Source: Macrostomum lignano | Taxonomy: Eukaryota | DNA length: 64,000 nucleotides | Direction of reading: 5' to 3' | Assembly (NCBI GenBank): GCA_002269645.1 | Contig: NIVC01000521.1 | Span: forward strand, 248,001 to 312,000 | Shown: piece after piece, positions 14,839-26,560 of the stretch | Layout of the letters: every line of letters starts with the position of its first letter | Position numbering within the stretch: position 1 is the stretch's first letter | Position numbers and translations under genes: made by a program | The notes under the pieces: model-generated | Told to the model about the DNA's origin: nothing | Seen by the model: only the letters and a program-made list of their open reading frames with translations | Databases searched by the model: none

Positions 14839-17800
14839 CCCCCCACGCTCCTGGCATTAGTTAGTCTAGTGGTATAGTGGGGGACTGGCCGCCCCCCACG
14901 CCCCTGGCATTAGTTAGTCTAGTGGTATAGTGGTGGGCTGGCCGCCCCCCACGCCCCTGGCATTAGTTAGTCTAGTGGTATAGTGGTATAGTGGGGGGGC
15001 TAGCCGCCCCCCACGCCCCTGGCATTAGTTAGTCTAGTGGTATAGTGGGGGCTGGCCGCCCCCCACGCCCCTGGCATTAGTTAGTCTAGTGGTATAGTGG
15101 TATAGTGGGGGGGCTAGCCGCCCCCCACGCCCCTGGCATTAGTTAGTCTAGTGGTATAGTGGGGGGCTGGCCGCCCCCCACGCCCCTGGCATTAGTTAGT
15201 CTAGTGGTATAGTGGGGGGCTGGCCGCCCCCCACGCCCCTGGCATTAGTTAGTCTAGTGGTATAGTGGGGGGCTGGCCGCCCCCCACGCCCCTGGCATTT
15301 GTTAGTCTAGTGGTATAGTGGGGGGCTGGCCGCCCCACGCCCCTGGCATTTATTAGTCTAGTGGTATAGTGGGGGCTCGCCGCCCCCCACGCCCCTGGCA
15401 TTAGTTAGTCTAAGTGGTATAGTGGGGGGCTGGCCACCCCCCACGCCCATGGCATTAGTTAGTCTAGTGGTATAGTGGGTGGCTGGCCGCCCCCCACGCC
15501 CCTGGCATTAGTTAGTCTAGTGGTATAGTGGGGGGCTGGCCGCCCCCACGCCCCTGGCATTTATTAGTCTAGTGGTATAGTGGGGGGCTCGCCGCCCCCC
15601 ACGCCCCTGGCATTAGTTAGTCTAAGTGGTATAGTGGGGGGCTGGCCGCCCCCCACGCCCCTGGCATTAGTTAGTCTAGTGGTATAGTGGTATAGTGGGG
15701 GGCTGGCCGCCCCCCACACACCTGGCATTAGTTAGTCTAGTGGTATAGTAGGGGGCTGGCCGCCCCCCACGCCCCTGGCATTAGTTAGTCTAGTGGTATA
15801 GTGGGGGCTGGCCGCCCCCACGCCCCTGGCATTAGTTAGTCTAGTGGTATAGTGGGGGCTGGCCGCCCCCCACGCCCCTGGCATTAGTTAGTCTAAGTGG
15901 TATAGTGGGGGCTTGCCGCCCCCACGCCCCTGGCATTAGTTAGTCTAGTGGTATAGTGGGGGGCTGGCCACCCCCCACGCCCCTGGCATTAGTTAGTCTA
16001 GTGGTATAGTGGGGGGCTGGCCGCCCCCCACGCCCCTGGCATTAGTTAGTCTAGTGGTATAGTGGGGGGCTGGCCGCCCCCACGCCCCTGGCATTAGTTA
16101 GTCTAGTGGTATAGTGGGGGGCTGGCCGCCCCCCACGCCCCTGGCATTAGTTAGTCTAAGTGGTATAGTGGGGGCTGCCGCCCCCCACGCCCCTGGCATT
16201 AGTTAGTCTAGTGGTATAGTGGGGGCTGGCCGCCCCCCACGCCCCTGGCATTAGTTAGTCTAGTGGTATAGTGGTATAGTGGGGGGGCTAGCCGCCCCCC
16301 ACGCCCCTGGCATTAGTTAGTCTAGTGGTATAGTGGGGGGCTGGCCGCCCCCACGCCCCTGGCATTAGTTAGTCTAGTGGTATAGTGGTATAGTGGGGGG
16401 CTAGCCGCCCCCCACGCCCCTGGCATTTATTAGTCTAGTGGTATAGTGGGGGGCTAGCCGCCCCCCACGCCCCTGGCATTAGTTAGTCTAGTGGTATAGT
16501 GGGGGGCTGGCCGCCCCCACGCCCCTGGCATTAGTTAGTCTAGTGGTATAGTGGGGGCTGGCCACCCCCACGCCCTGGCATTAGTTAGTCTAGTGGTATA
16601 GTGGGGGGCTGGCCACCCCCACGCCCCTGGCATTAGTTAGTCTAGTGGTATAGTGGGGGGCTGGCCGCCCCCACGCCCCTGGCATTAGTTAGTCTAGTGG
16701 TATAGTGGGGGCTGGCCGCCCCCACGCCCCTGGCATTAGTTAGTCTAGTGGTATAGTGGGGGGCTGGCCGCCCCCACGCCCCTGGCATTAGTTAGTCTAA
16801 GTGGTATAGTGGGGGGCTGGCCGCCCCCCACGCCCCTGGCATTAGTTAGTCTAGTGGTATAGTGGGGGGCTGGCCGCCCCCCACGCCCCTGGCATTAGTT
16901 AGTCTAGTGGTATAGTGGGGGGCTGGCCGCCCCCACGCCCCTGGCATTAGTTAGTCTAAGTGGTATAGTGGGGGCTGGCCGCCCCCACGCCCCTGGCATT
17001 AGTTAGTCTAGTGGTATAGTGGGGGCTGGCCACCCCCACGCCCCTGGCATTAGTTAGTCTAGTGGTATAGTGGGGGCTGGCCGCCCCCCACGCCCCTGGC
17101 ATTTATTAGTCTAGTGGTATAGTGGGGGCTCGCCGCCCCCACGCCCTGGCATTAGTTAGTCTAAGTGGTATAGTGGGGGGCTGGCCGCCCCCACGCCCCT
17201 GGCATTAGTTAGTCTAGTGGTATAGTGGTATAGTGGGGGGCTGGCCGCCCCCACACACCTGGCATTAGTTAGTCTAGTGGTATAGTAGGGGGCTGGCCGC
17301 CCCCACGCCCCTGGCATTAGTTAGTCTAGTGGTATAGTGGGGGGCTGGCCGCCCCCACGCCCCTGGCATTAGTTAGTCTAGTGGTATAGTGGGGGGCTGG
17401 CCGCCCCCACGCCCCTGGCATTAGTTAGTCTAAGTGGTATAGTAGGGGGCTTGCCGCCCCCACGCCCCTGGCATTAGTTAGTCTAGTGGTATAGTGGGGG
17501 GCTGGCCACCCCCCACGCCCCTGGCATTAGTTAGTCTAGTGGTATAGTGGGGGGCTGGCCGCCCCCCACGCCCCTGGCATTAGTTAGTCTAGTGGTATAG
17601 TGGGGGGCTGGCCGCCCCCACGCCCCTGGCATTAGTTAGTCTAGTGGTATAGTAGGGGGCTGGCCGCCCCCACGCCCCTGGCATTTATTAGTCTAGTGGT
17701 ATAGTGGGGGCTGGCCGCCCCCACGCCCCTGGCATTAGTTTCTCTAGTGGTATAGTGGGGGGCTGGCCGCCCCCACGCCCCTGGCATTAGTTAGTCTAGT

Positions 17801-17975
17801 GGTATAGTGGGGGCTGGCCGCCCCCCACGCCACTGGCATTAGTTAGTCTAGTGGTATAGTGGGGGGCTGGCCGCCCCCACACCCCTGGCATTAGTTTCTC
17901 TAGTGGTATAGTGGGGAGTTGGCCGCCCCCACGCCCCTGGCATTAGTTTGTCTAGTGGTATAGTGGAGGGCTGGC
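14839..17975. repeat. ~52-bp GC-rich minisatellite, about 60 copies (unit 1)
   Basis: Consensus CCCCCACGCCCCTGGCATTAGTTAGTCTAGTGGTATAGTGGGGGGCTGGCCG; period 50-54 plus 8-bp variant insertions. Confidence 0.97.
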
Positions 17976-18290
17976 CGCCCCCACACCCCCGCTCCCCACC
18001 CTCCCGCGCGTTGTTGTTGGGGAGGGTGGTTGTTGTTGTGGGGTTTGCGTAACGTGGGGGCTGCCGCCCCCACACCCCCGCTCCCCCACCCCTCCCGCGC
18101 GTTGTTGTTGGGGAGGGTGGCTGTTGTTGTGGGGTTTGCGTAACGTGGGGGCTGCCGCCCCCACACCCCCGCTCCCCCACCCCTCCCGCACATTGTTGTT
18201 GGGGAGGGTGGTTGTTGTTTTGGGGTTTGCGTAACGTGGGGGCTGCCGCCCCCACACCCCCGCTCCCCCACCCCACCCCTCCGCAACTTT
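17975..18290. repeat. ~90-bp tandem repeat with GTT and G/C runs (also 20740-21057, 21699-21830, 26555-26680, 29335-29575, 63790-64000)
   Basis: CCACACCCCCGCTCC recurs at 17981, 18070, 18161; shares the GTGGGGGCTGCCGCCCCCAC hairpin with the 52-mer. Confidence 0.9.
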
Positions 18291-18550
18291 TCCCACCTCT
18301 AACACATCTTTTTAGCATGCTAAAACTGCTTGTAAGCCTTTGGCGACCGCGCAACACATGATACTTGCCGATATGTATCGTAATATTCTTTCTGCACTAA
18401 CAAATCATCTGTGCCGCACTTTCAGCTTCACTCTTACTCTTTAATAAGGTATAGAAGGAAAGGAAAATTAAACAATCAATATTAAATTATATTCAAGTGA
18501 AAGAGAATTGAAAATACTAATAAATCCGTTCCTGCTAAAAAATTAAATAT

Positions 18551-18640
18551 AAAAAAAACTTGGCCCACTTGGGATTCGAACCCGTGTTTAGGCCATTTAC
18601 AAAGCAACTGCCTTCGGCCCCGATCCATCTCTTACTTAAG
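18551..18640 (-). ncRNA. tRNA-derived (Thr-UGU-like) Pol III-type cassette inside each unit
   Basis: Minus strand: GCAGTTGCTTTGTAAA...GGGTTCGAATCCCAAGTGGGCCAAG then T8. B-box intact; D-arm/A-box poor. Copies near 22105-22190, 26945-27030, 29845-29925 and 63445-63522 (+). Confidence 0.55.
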
Positions 18641-21057
18641 CGAAGCTCTACAGTGCACGCCGTTTATATCGAATATTCCCTATGGTAGCCACTTTTACGA
18701 TTTTTGCTGCTTTTTCATACATTTCTGCTCGCTGCATCGCAGCGCCTTCATCTAAAAATGCGAGTCGCATGTCGTTACAGAGATAACATCAAGGCGCATT
18801 CATCTAATGCATTTTTAAAGTATGTCAACAAATTTTACGCCTCCTAGGCGCCAAATTGTGCATTTTCACCTGTTCTGACAGGTATTCAAACAGGTATTAA
18901 GACCTATTAACTTAAGAATCAGTTTTCAAAACTAATTTAGTTGCACAGTGCATCCATAGTGCTGTTTTTAGACACTAAAATTGAGTCTCTAGGCCTTGCC
19001 AATGCAGAGTTATTAGCAAAAGTATGCTCAAAATTTGCCCAAAAATAGCCTTCTCAAAATTCGGAGCCAATTTTCTCAAAAATACGAATTTTCCAGCCAT
19101 ATTGGCGTATGACCGGTGTAACTTCATCTATTCGACTAAACAATATTGAAAATGCAGAAAAATCGGTGCGCAAAATTTCTTATTTTTCCACTTCAAAGTT
19201 TGTACCCCAAAATGGGCCGTTTTTCACTTAACAGGTAAAAAGTACCTGTTAACAGGGGTTTTTTCAGGAGTGTCTTATGTCATTCAAAAGGGCATCCGAT
19301 GGGCTACAATTTGACGCCATACTCGAAAAACTTTGCCCCATTTTAAAAAAATTTCCTTAACAACGTCTGATTTTCTGCAGTGCCCCCGGCCTCTTTTTTC
19401 CCTGGTTTTCGGGTCACTGCTCAGCACAGGTAGGTCCAAATGCTTAGAAAATTTAGGAAAACAAATTTCCATATGTTTGACACATCGTGTTAAAGTCTCA
19501 CCACTGTAGCATAAAACACTTTTTCAAGTTTGAGGACTACTTTTTTAAAACGTGACCCAATTTTTTGAAAATGTCGTTTTTAGGCACTCTTTGGCACCTG
19601 GGCAGGTTATTGATGGCCCAATAAGCCAAATCTCGATGTTTCCGAATAGAAGACATCTATTTGAGTAATTTGGTGTAGAAATATTAAAAAATAAAGTTTT
19701 TAATCTCGACGAGATAGGCCTCACAAAAGTGCACTAAAAATTTGTACTTTTAAAGTGCAGATAGGCAGCCATGTGAAAAGTACATTTTAGCCCTAAAAAC
19801 TATAGCGCATCAAACAGCCCCAGGTGTTATTGACGCTATGAGGCAGCTCAAAGGCCGCGCTATCGCGCGTCCTTTTCGCTGCGGTGAGGCAAAGTTGGAA
19901 AAAATGCCAATTTTTCGACCTCAAAAAACACGTTTTTTGTACTTTTAGCCTAGACGTTAAAGTACAATAAAAAAATCCATTTCTGATCATTGTAGCGTTC
20001 GAATGCCCGCGTTTACTGAGCCAGCCCGCTAAGCGCTGCCATATTCTCAATCCTTATTTTTTGAGATCAAAGTTTTTGACAAAGTCGAAAAAACGCAGTT
20101 TTTGGTTGCCATGGCAACCAAAACGCATTGCCATGGCAACCAACTATTGTGCATCCGATAGCGCTAGGTCTTTGACACATTTTGGCAAAAACCGTTTGTA
20201 AATTGGTCGTACCGTTTTTTATTGGCAGCGTTTAAAAGTTGAAAAACGTCATTTTTAGTGTGTGCAACCACGTTACATCTTATCAGGGACGATTTCGCAA
20301 AAGTAAGCACCATAGAAAAAAATTCTCGCTTCGCTCGCCTTTTTTTCTATACTACTTACTGGCTCATCGTCCCACAACTAGTGAATGAAGACGCTGTCGT
20401 CTTCAAAGGTGGGACGATGGTTTATATATTGTTTGTAACTTTTATGGCCTAATTTTAAATTTAAAAAAAAACTAAGAAGCTTAGTTGATTATAATTTAAT
20501 TTAAACAAAGTTTAAGCATAACTGTTTAAAAAATTAATAAAAATACTTATGATGGTTTATTATGTCCATTATTGTTTATGGCTTAATATAAATTTTTTAA
20601 AAAACTAAGAAGCTAAGAACTAAATAGCTTAATGGGCTACATTTTCAATTTGATTTAAACAAAGTTTATACATAACTGTGGAAATATAATAATAAAAAAT
20701 ATTTTATTAGATTACAAGAATATCCACTCTGCTGTTGTGTAGAAAGGGTTGTTAAGGCGGTTGTTGTTGTTTGTTGGTTGTAAAAGGGGTTGTTGTTGTT
20801 GGGGTTTTTGTTGTTGTTGGGGTTGTTGTTGTTGTTGTTGGGGGGTGTGTTGTTGTTGGGGGTTTGCGTAACGTGGGGGCTGCCGCCCCCACACCCCGCT
20901 CCCCCACCCCTCCCGCGCGTTGTTGTTGGGAGGGTGGTTGTTGTTGTGGGTTTGCGTAACGTGGGGGCTGCCGCCCCCACACCCCCGCTCCCCCACCCCT
21001 CCCGCGCGTTGTTGTTGGGGAGGGTGGTTGTTGTTGGGGGTTTGCGTAACGTGGGGG

Positions 21058-21698
21058 CCATAGTCAGGAAGGTGGCAATTTGGTCGGAAAATTCCGGCGC
21101 ACACAAGCCCTTTTTGGGCACACAACGGCGCACAACGGCGCACAGCGGCGCACTGGCGCACAGCGGCGCACAACGGCGCACACCAGAGGACACCGGCGCA
21201 TGGCGGCGCGGCGCGGCGAGCGCCGCGCCACATGCAGCGTTACCCTTGTGGCGATCCCATGTAACGATGTAAGTCGTTACTTGTTACAGTACACTATTCA
21301 CTGTTCTATCTAATGTAACACTGCATTCTACCAAAAAATAAAAAATAAAATAAAATATTTTCCTTTTCCTTTTTACCTTTGTTTTTGCCATTTGCTTACT
21401 TTTTATGTTTGTTTTGTTTTAAAAATTAGAAATTTAATTAAAAATTTTTTAAATTTCTATTTTCGGTTTAACGATCTCAATTTCTCATAATATAATATAG
21501 ATAGCCCGTAACCGTCCCGTATATTGGCGCACAAAAATTGTTGCTATGTTGTAAAAAAAGGTCTTTTATTGTCGCAAGGCAGGTAGTGGCGGGCGCACAA
21601 CGGCGCACACGAGGGTTTTTGTGTCGGCGCACGGCGCACAATTTTGGGAGAGGCCAAAATTTGTTCCGGCGCACACTCTGCCACCTTCCTGACTATGG
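21058..21698. mobile_element. 641-bp MITE, 20-bp TIR, 8-bp TSD
   Basis: CCATAGTCAGGAAGGTGGCA...TGCCACCTTCCTGACTATGG; CGTGGGGG at 21050-21057 and 21699-21706; internal GGCGCACAAC repeats. Confidence 0.92.
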
Positions 21699-24600
21699 CG
21701 TGGGGGCTGCCGCCCCCACACCCCCGCTCCCCCACCCCTCCCGCGCGTTGTTGTTGGGGAGGGTGGTTGTTGTTGGGGGTTTGCGTATTGTGGGGGCTGC
21801 CGCCCCCACACCCCCGCTCCCCCACCTAACCCCTCCGCAAATTTTCGCACCTCTAACACATCTTTTTAGCACGCTAAAACTGCTTGTAAGCCTTCTTGCG
21901 ACCACGCAACACATACTTGCCGATATGTATCGTAATACTCTTTCTGCACTAACAAATCATCTGTGCCGCACTTTCAGCTTCACTCTTACTCTTTAATAAG
22001 GTATACAAGGAAAGGAAAATTAAACAATTAATATTAAATTATATTCAAGTGAAAGAGAATTGAAAATACTAATAAATCCGTTCCTGCTAAAAAAATTAAA
22101 TATAAAAAAACCTGGCTCACTTGGGATTCGAACCCGGGTACATGCAGTTTACAAAGCAACTGCCTTCGGCCACGATCCATCTCTCGCTTGAGCGAAGCTC
22201 TACAGTGCACGCGCTTTATATCGAATATTCCGTATGTATGGTAGCCACTTATACGATTTTTGCTGCTTTTTCATACATTTCTGCTCGCTGCATCGCAACG
22301 CCTTAACCTAAAAATACGAGTCGCATGTCGTTACAATCAAAACATCAAGGCGCATTAATCCAATGCATTTTCAAACTATGTCAACAAATTTTTTCGGCTG
22401 CTAGGCGCCAAATTATGAATTTTTACCTGTTCTGACAGGTATTCAAACAGGTATTTAGACCTGTTAACCTAAGAATCAGTTTTCAAAACTTATTTAGTTG
22501 CATAGTGCATCCATAATGCTGTTTTTAGACACCAAACTTGAGTCTCTAGGTCTCGCCAATGCAGAGTTATTAGCAAAAGTATGCTCAAAATTTGCCCAAA
22601 AATGGCCTACTCAAAATTCGGAGCCAATTTTCTCAAAAATACGAATTTTCCAGCCATATTGGCGTATGACCGGTGAAACTTCAGCTATTCGACTAAACAA
22701 TATTGAAAATGCAGAAAAATCGGTGCGCAAAATTTCTTATTTTTCGACTTCAAAGTTTGTACCCCAAATGGGCCGTTTTTCACTTAACAGGTAAAAAGTA
22801 CCTGTTAACAGGTATTTTTTCCAGAGTGTCTTGCGCCATTCGAACGGGCATCCGATGGGCTACAATTTGACACCACACTCGAAAAAATTCGCCCAGTAAT
22901 AAAAATTTTTCTTTAACAACATATGCTTTTTTGGTCGAGTCCCCCGGCCTCTTTTTTCCCCGGTTTCCGGGTCACTGCTCCGCACCGGTAGGTCCAAATG
23001 CTTAGAAAATTTAGGAAAACAAATTTCCATATGTTTGACACGTTTTGTTAAAATCTCAACACCGTAGCTTAAAACACTTTCTTATTTTTGGAGACTACTT
23101 TTTGAAAACGTGACCCAAATTTTCAAAAACACTGTTTTTGACCCTTGTAGCCATATAGAGCAGCAATGAATGGCCCAATCAAGCAGATCTCAGCATTTCC
23201 GAATAAAAGACATCCATTTGAGTGATTTGGGTTGAAAAATTGAAAAAATCAAGATTTGCATCTGTATAGGATAAGCCTCTTTAAAGTGCACAAACGGTTT
23301 GTACTTTTAAAGTGCAGATAGGTAGCCATGTCAAAAGTACATTTTAGCCCAAAAAATTATAGCGCATCTAAAAGCCCCAGGTGTTGTTGACATTAGGCAG
23401 CAGCTCAAAAGCCGCGCTATTGCGCGTCCTTTTCGCTGCAGTACGGGCAAGGTTGAAAAACATGTACAAAAAATTGGCCGAAAAATTGCATTTTTAAAAA
23501 TCAGATGCAGTTTGCTCAAAAATACGAATTTTCCAGCCATATTGGCGTATGACCGGTGAAACTTTAGCTATTCGACTAAACAATATTGAAAATGCAGAAA
23601 AATCGGTGCGCAAAATTTCTTATTTTTCCACTCAAAGTTTGTACCCCCAAATGGGCCGTTTTTCACTTAACAGGTAAAAAGTACCTGTTAACAGGGGTTT
23701 TTTCAGGAGTGTCTTATGTCATTCAAAAGGGCATCCGATGGGCTACAATTTGACACTACACTCGAAAAAATTCGCCCCATTTTAAAAAAATTTCCTTAAC
23801 AACGTTTGATTTTCTGCAGAGCCCCCGGCCTCTTTTTTCCCTGGTTTCCGGGTCACTGCTCAGCACAGGTAGGTCCAAATGCTTAGAAAATTTGGAAAAC
23901 AAATTTCCAAATGTTTGACACGTTGTGTTAAAGTCTCAACACCGTAGCATAAAACACTTTCTTATTTTTTGGGACTACTTTTTAAAAACGTGACCCAATT
24001 TTTCGAAAATGTCGTTTTTAGGCACTCTTTGGCACCTGGCAGGTTATTGATGGCCCAATCGGCCAAATCTCAATGTTTCCGAATAGAAGACATCCATTTG
24101 AGTATTTGGTGTAGAAATATTAAAAAATAAAGTTTTCCATCTCGACGCCATAGGCCTCAAAAAGTGCACTAAAAATTTGTACTTTTAAAGTGCAGATAGG
24201 CAGCCATGTGAAAAGTACATTTTAGCCAAAAAAATAGCGCATCAAACAGCCTTAAGTGTTTTTAAGGCTAGGAGGCAGCTCAAAGGCCGCGCGAAAGCGC
24301 GTCCTTTTCGCTGCGGTAGGCAAAGTTGAAAAAAATGCCAATTTTTCGACCTCAAAAAACACGTTTTTTGTACTTTTACCTGTAAAGTGAAAGTACAATC
24401 AAAAAATCCATTTCGGATCATTTAGCGTTCGAATGCCCGCGTCTGCTGAGCCACTCGCTAAGCGCTGCCATATTCTCAATCCTTATTTTTTGAGATCAAA
24501 TTTTTTGACAATGTCGAAAAAACGCAGTTTTTGGTTGCCATGGCAACCAAAACGCGTCGCCATGACAACCAAACACTGCGGATCTGTTAGCCCTAGGTCT

Positions 24601-24890
24601 TTGACGCATTTTGGCAAAAACCGTTTGTAAATCGGTCGTACCGTTTTTTATGCGCAGCGTTTCAAAGTTGAAAAACGTCATTTTCCTATGTGACACCGTT
24701 GCTACATCTTATCAGGGACGATTTCGCAAAAGTAAGCAGCATAGAAAAAAATTCTCGCTTCGCTCGCCTTTTTTTCTATACTACTTACTGGCTCATCGTC
24801 CCACAACTAGTGAATGAAGACGCTGTCGTCTTCAAAGGTGGGACGATGGTTTATATATTGTGTTTTTATCCTTTTATGGCTATGACATAT

Positions 24891-26560
24891 GCCCCTGGCA
24901 TTAGTTAGTCTAGTGGTCTAGTGGGGGCTGGCCGCCCCACGCCCCTGGCATTAGTTAGTCTAGTGGTATAGTGGGGGGCTGGCCGCCCCCACGCCCCTGG
25001 CATTAGTTAGTCTAGTGGTATAGTGGGGGGCTGCCGCCCCCCACGCCCCTGGCATTAGTTAGTCTAGTGGTATAGTGGGGGCTGGCCGCCCCCACGCCCC
25101 TGGCATTAGTTAGTCTAGTGGTATAGTGGGGGGCTGGCCGCCCCCCACGCCCCTGGCATTAGTTAGTCTAGTGGTATAGTGGGGGCTGCCGCCCCCCACG
25201 CCCCTGGCATTAGTTAGTCTAGTGGTATAGTGGGGGGCTGGCCGCCCCCCACGCCCCTGGCATTAGTTAGTCTAGTGGTATAGTGGGGGGCTGGCCGCCC
25301 CCCACGCCCTGGCATTAGTTAGTCTAGTGGTATAGTGGGGGGCTGGCCGCCCCCCACGCCCCTGGCATTAGTTAGTCTAGTGGTATAGTGGGGGGCTGGC
25401 CGCCCCCACGCCCCTGGCATTAGTTAGTCTAGTGGTATAGTGGGGGCTGGCCGCCCCCCACGCCCCTGGCATTAGTTAGTCTAGTGGTATAGTGGGGGGC
25501 TGCCGCCCCCCACGCCCCTGGCATTAGTTCTCTAGTGGTATATAGTGGGGGGCTGCCGCCCCCACGCCCCTGGCATTAGTTAGTCTAGTGGTATAGTGGG
25601 GGGCTGGCCGCCCCCCACGCCCCTGGCATTAGTTAGTCTAGTGGTGTAGTGGGGGGCTGGCCGCCCCCCACGCCCCTGGCATTAGTTAGTCTAGTGGTAT
25701 AGTGGGGGGCTGGCCGCCCCCACGCCCCTGGCATTAGTTAGTCTAGTGGTATAGTGGGGGCTGGCCGCCCCCCACGCCCCTGGCATTAGTTAGTCTAGTG
25801 GTATAGTGGGGGCTGGCCGCCCCCCACGCCCCTGGCATTAGTTAGTCTAGTGGTATAGTGGGGGCTGGCCGCCCCCCACGCCCCTGGCATTAGTTAGTCT
25901 AGTGGTATAGTGGGGGGCTGGCCGCCCCCACGCCCCTGGCATTAGTTAGTCTAGTGGTATAGTGGGGGGCTGGCCGCCCCCCACGCCCCTGGCATTAGTT
26001 AGTCTAGTGGTATATAGTGGGGGGCTGCCGCCCCCCACGCCCCTGGCATTAGTTAGTCTAGTGGTATAGTGGGGGGCTGGCCGCCCCCCACGCCCCTGGC
26101 ATTAGTTAGTCTAGTGGTATAGTGGGGGCTGGCCGCCCCCCCACCCCTGGCATTAGTTAGTCTAGTGGTATAGTGGGGGCTGCCGCCCCCCACGCCCCTG
26201 GCATTAGTTAGTCTAGTGGTATAGTGGGGGCTGGCCGCCCCCACGCCCCTGGCATTAGTTAGTCTAGTGGTATAGTGGGGGGCTGGCCGCCCCCCACGCC
26301 CCTGGCATTAGTTAGTCTAGTGGTATAGTGGGGGGCTGGCCGCCCCCACACCCCTGGCATTAGTTAGTCTAGTGGTATAGTGGGGGCTGGCCGCCCCCAC
26401 GCCCCTGGCATTAGTTAGTCTAGTGGTATAGTGGTATAGTGGGGGCTAGCCGCCCCCACGCCCCTGGCATTAGTTAGTCTAGTGGTATAGTGGGGGCTGG
26501 CCGCCCCCACGCCCCTGGCATTAGTTTTTCTAGTGGTATAGTGGGGGCTGGCCGCCCCCA
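24891..26560. repeat. ~52-bp minisatellite, about 32 copies (unit 3)
   Basis: Same consensus as 14839-17975. Confidence 0.97.

Noticed and set aside
18551-18640. Functional tRNA gene
   Set aside because: No convincing acceptor stem or D-arm; treated as tRNA-derived only.
14839-26560. 52-bp (and 93-bp at 39223) arrays as CRISPR
   Set aside because: Contiguous monomers with no unique spacers, no cas genes, eukaryotic context.
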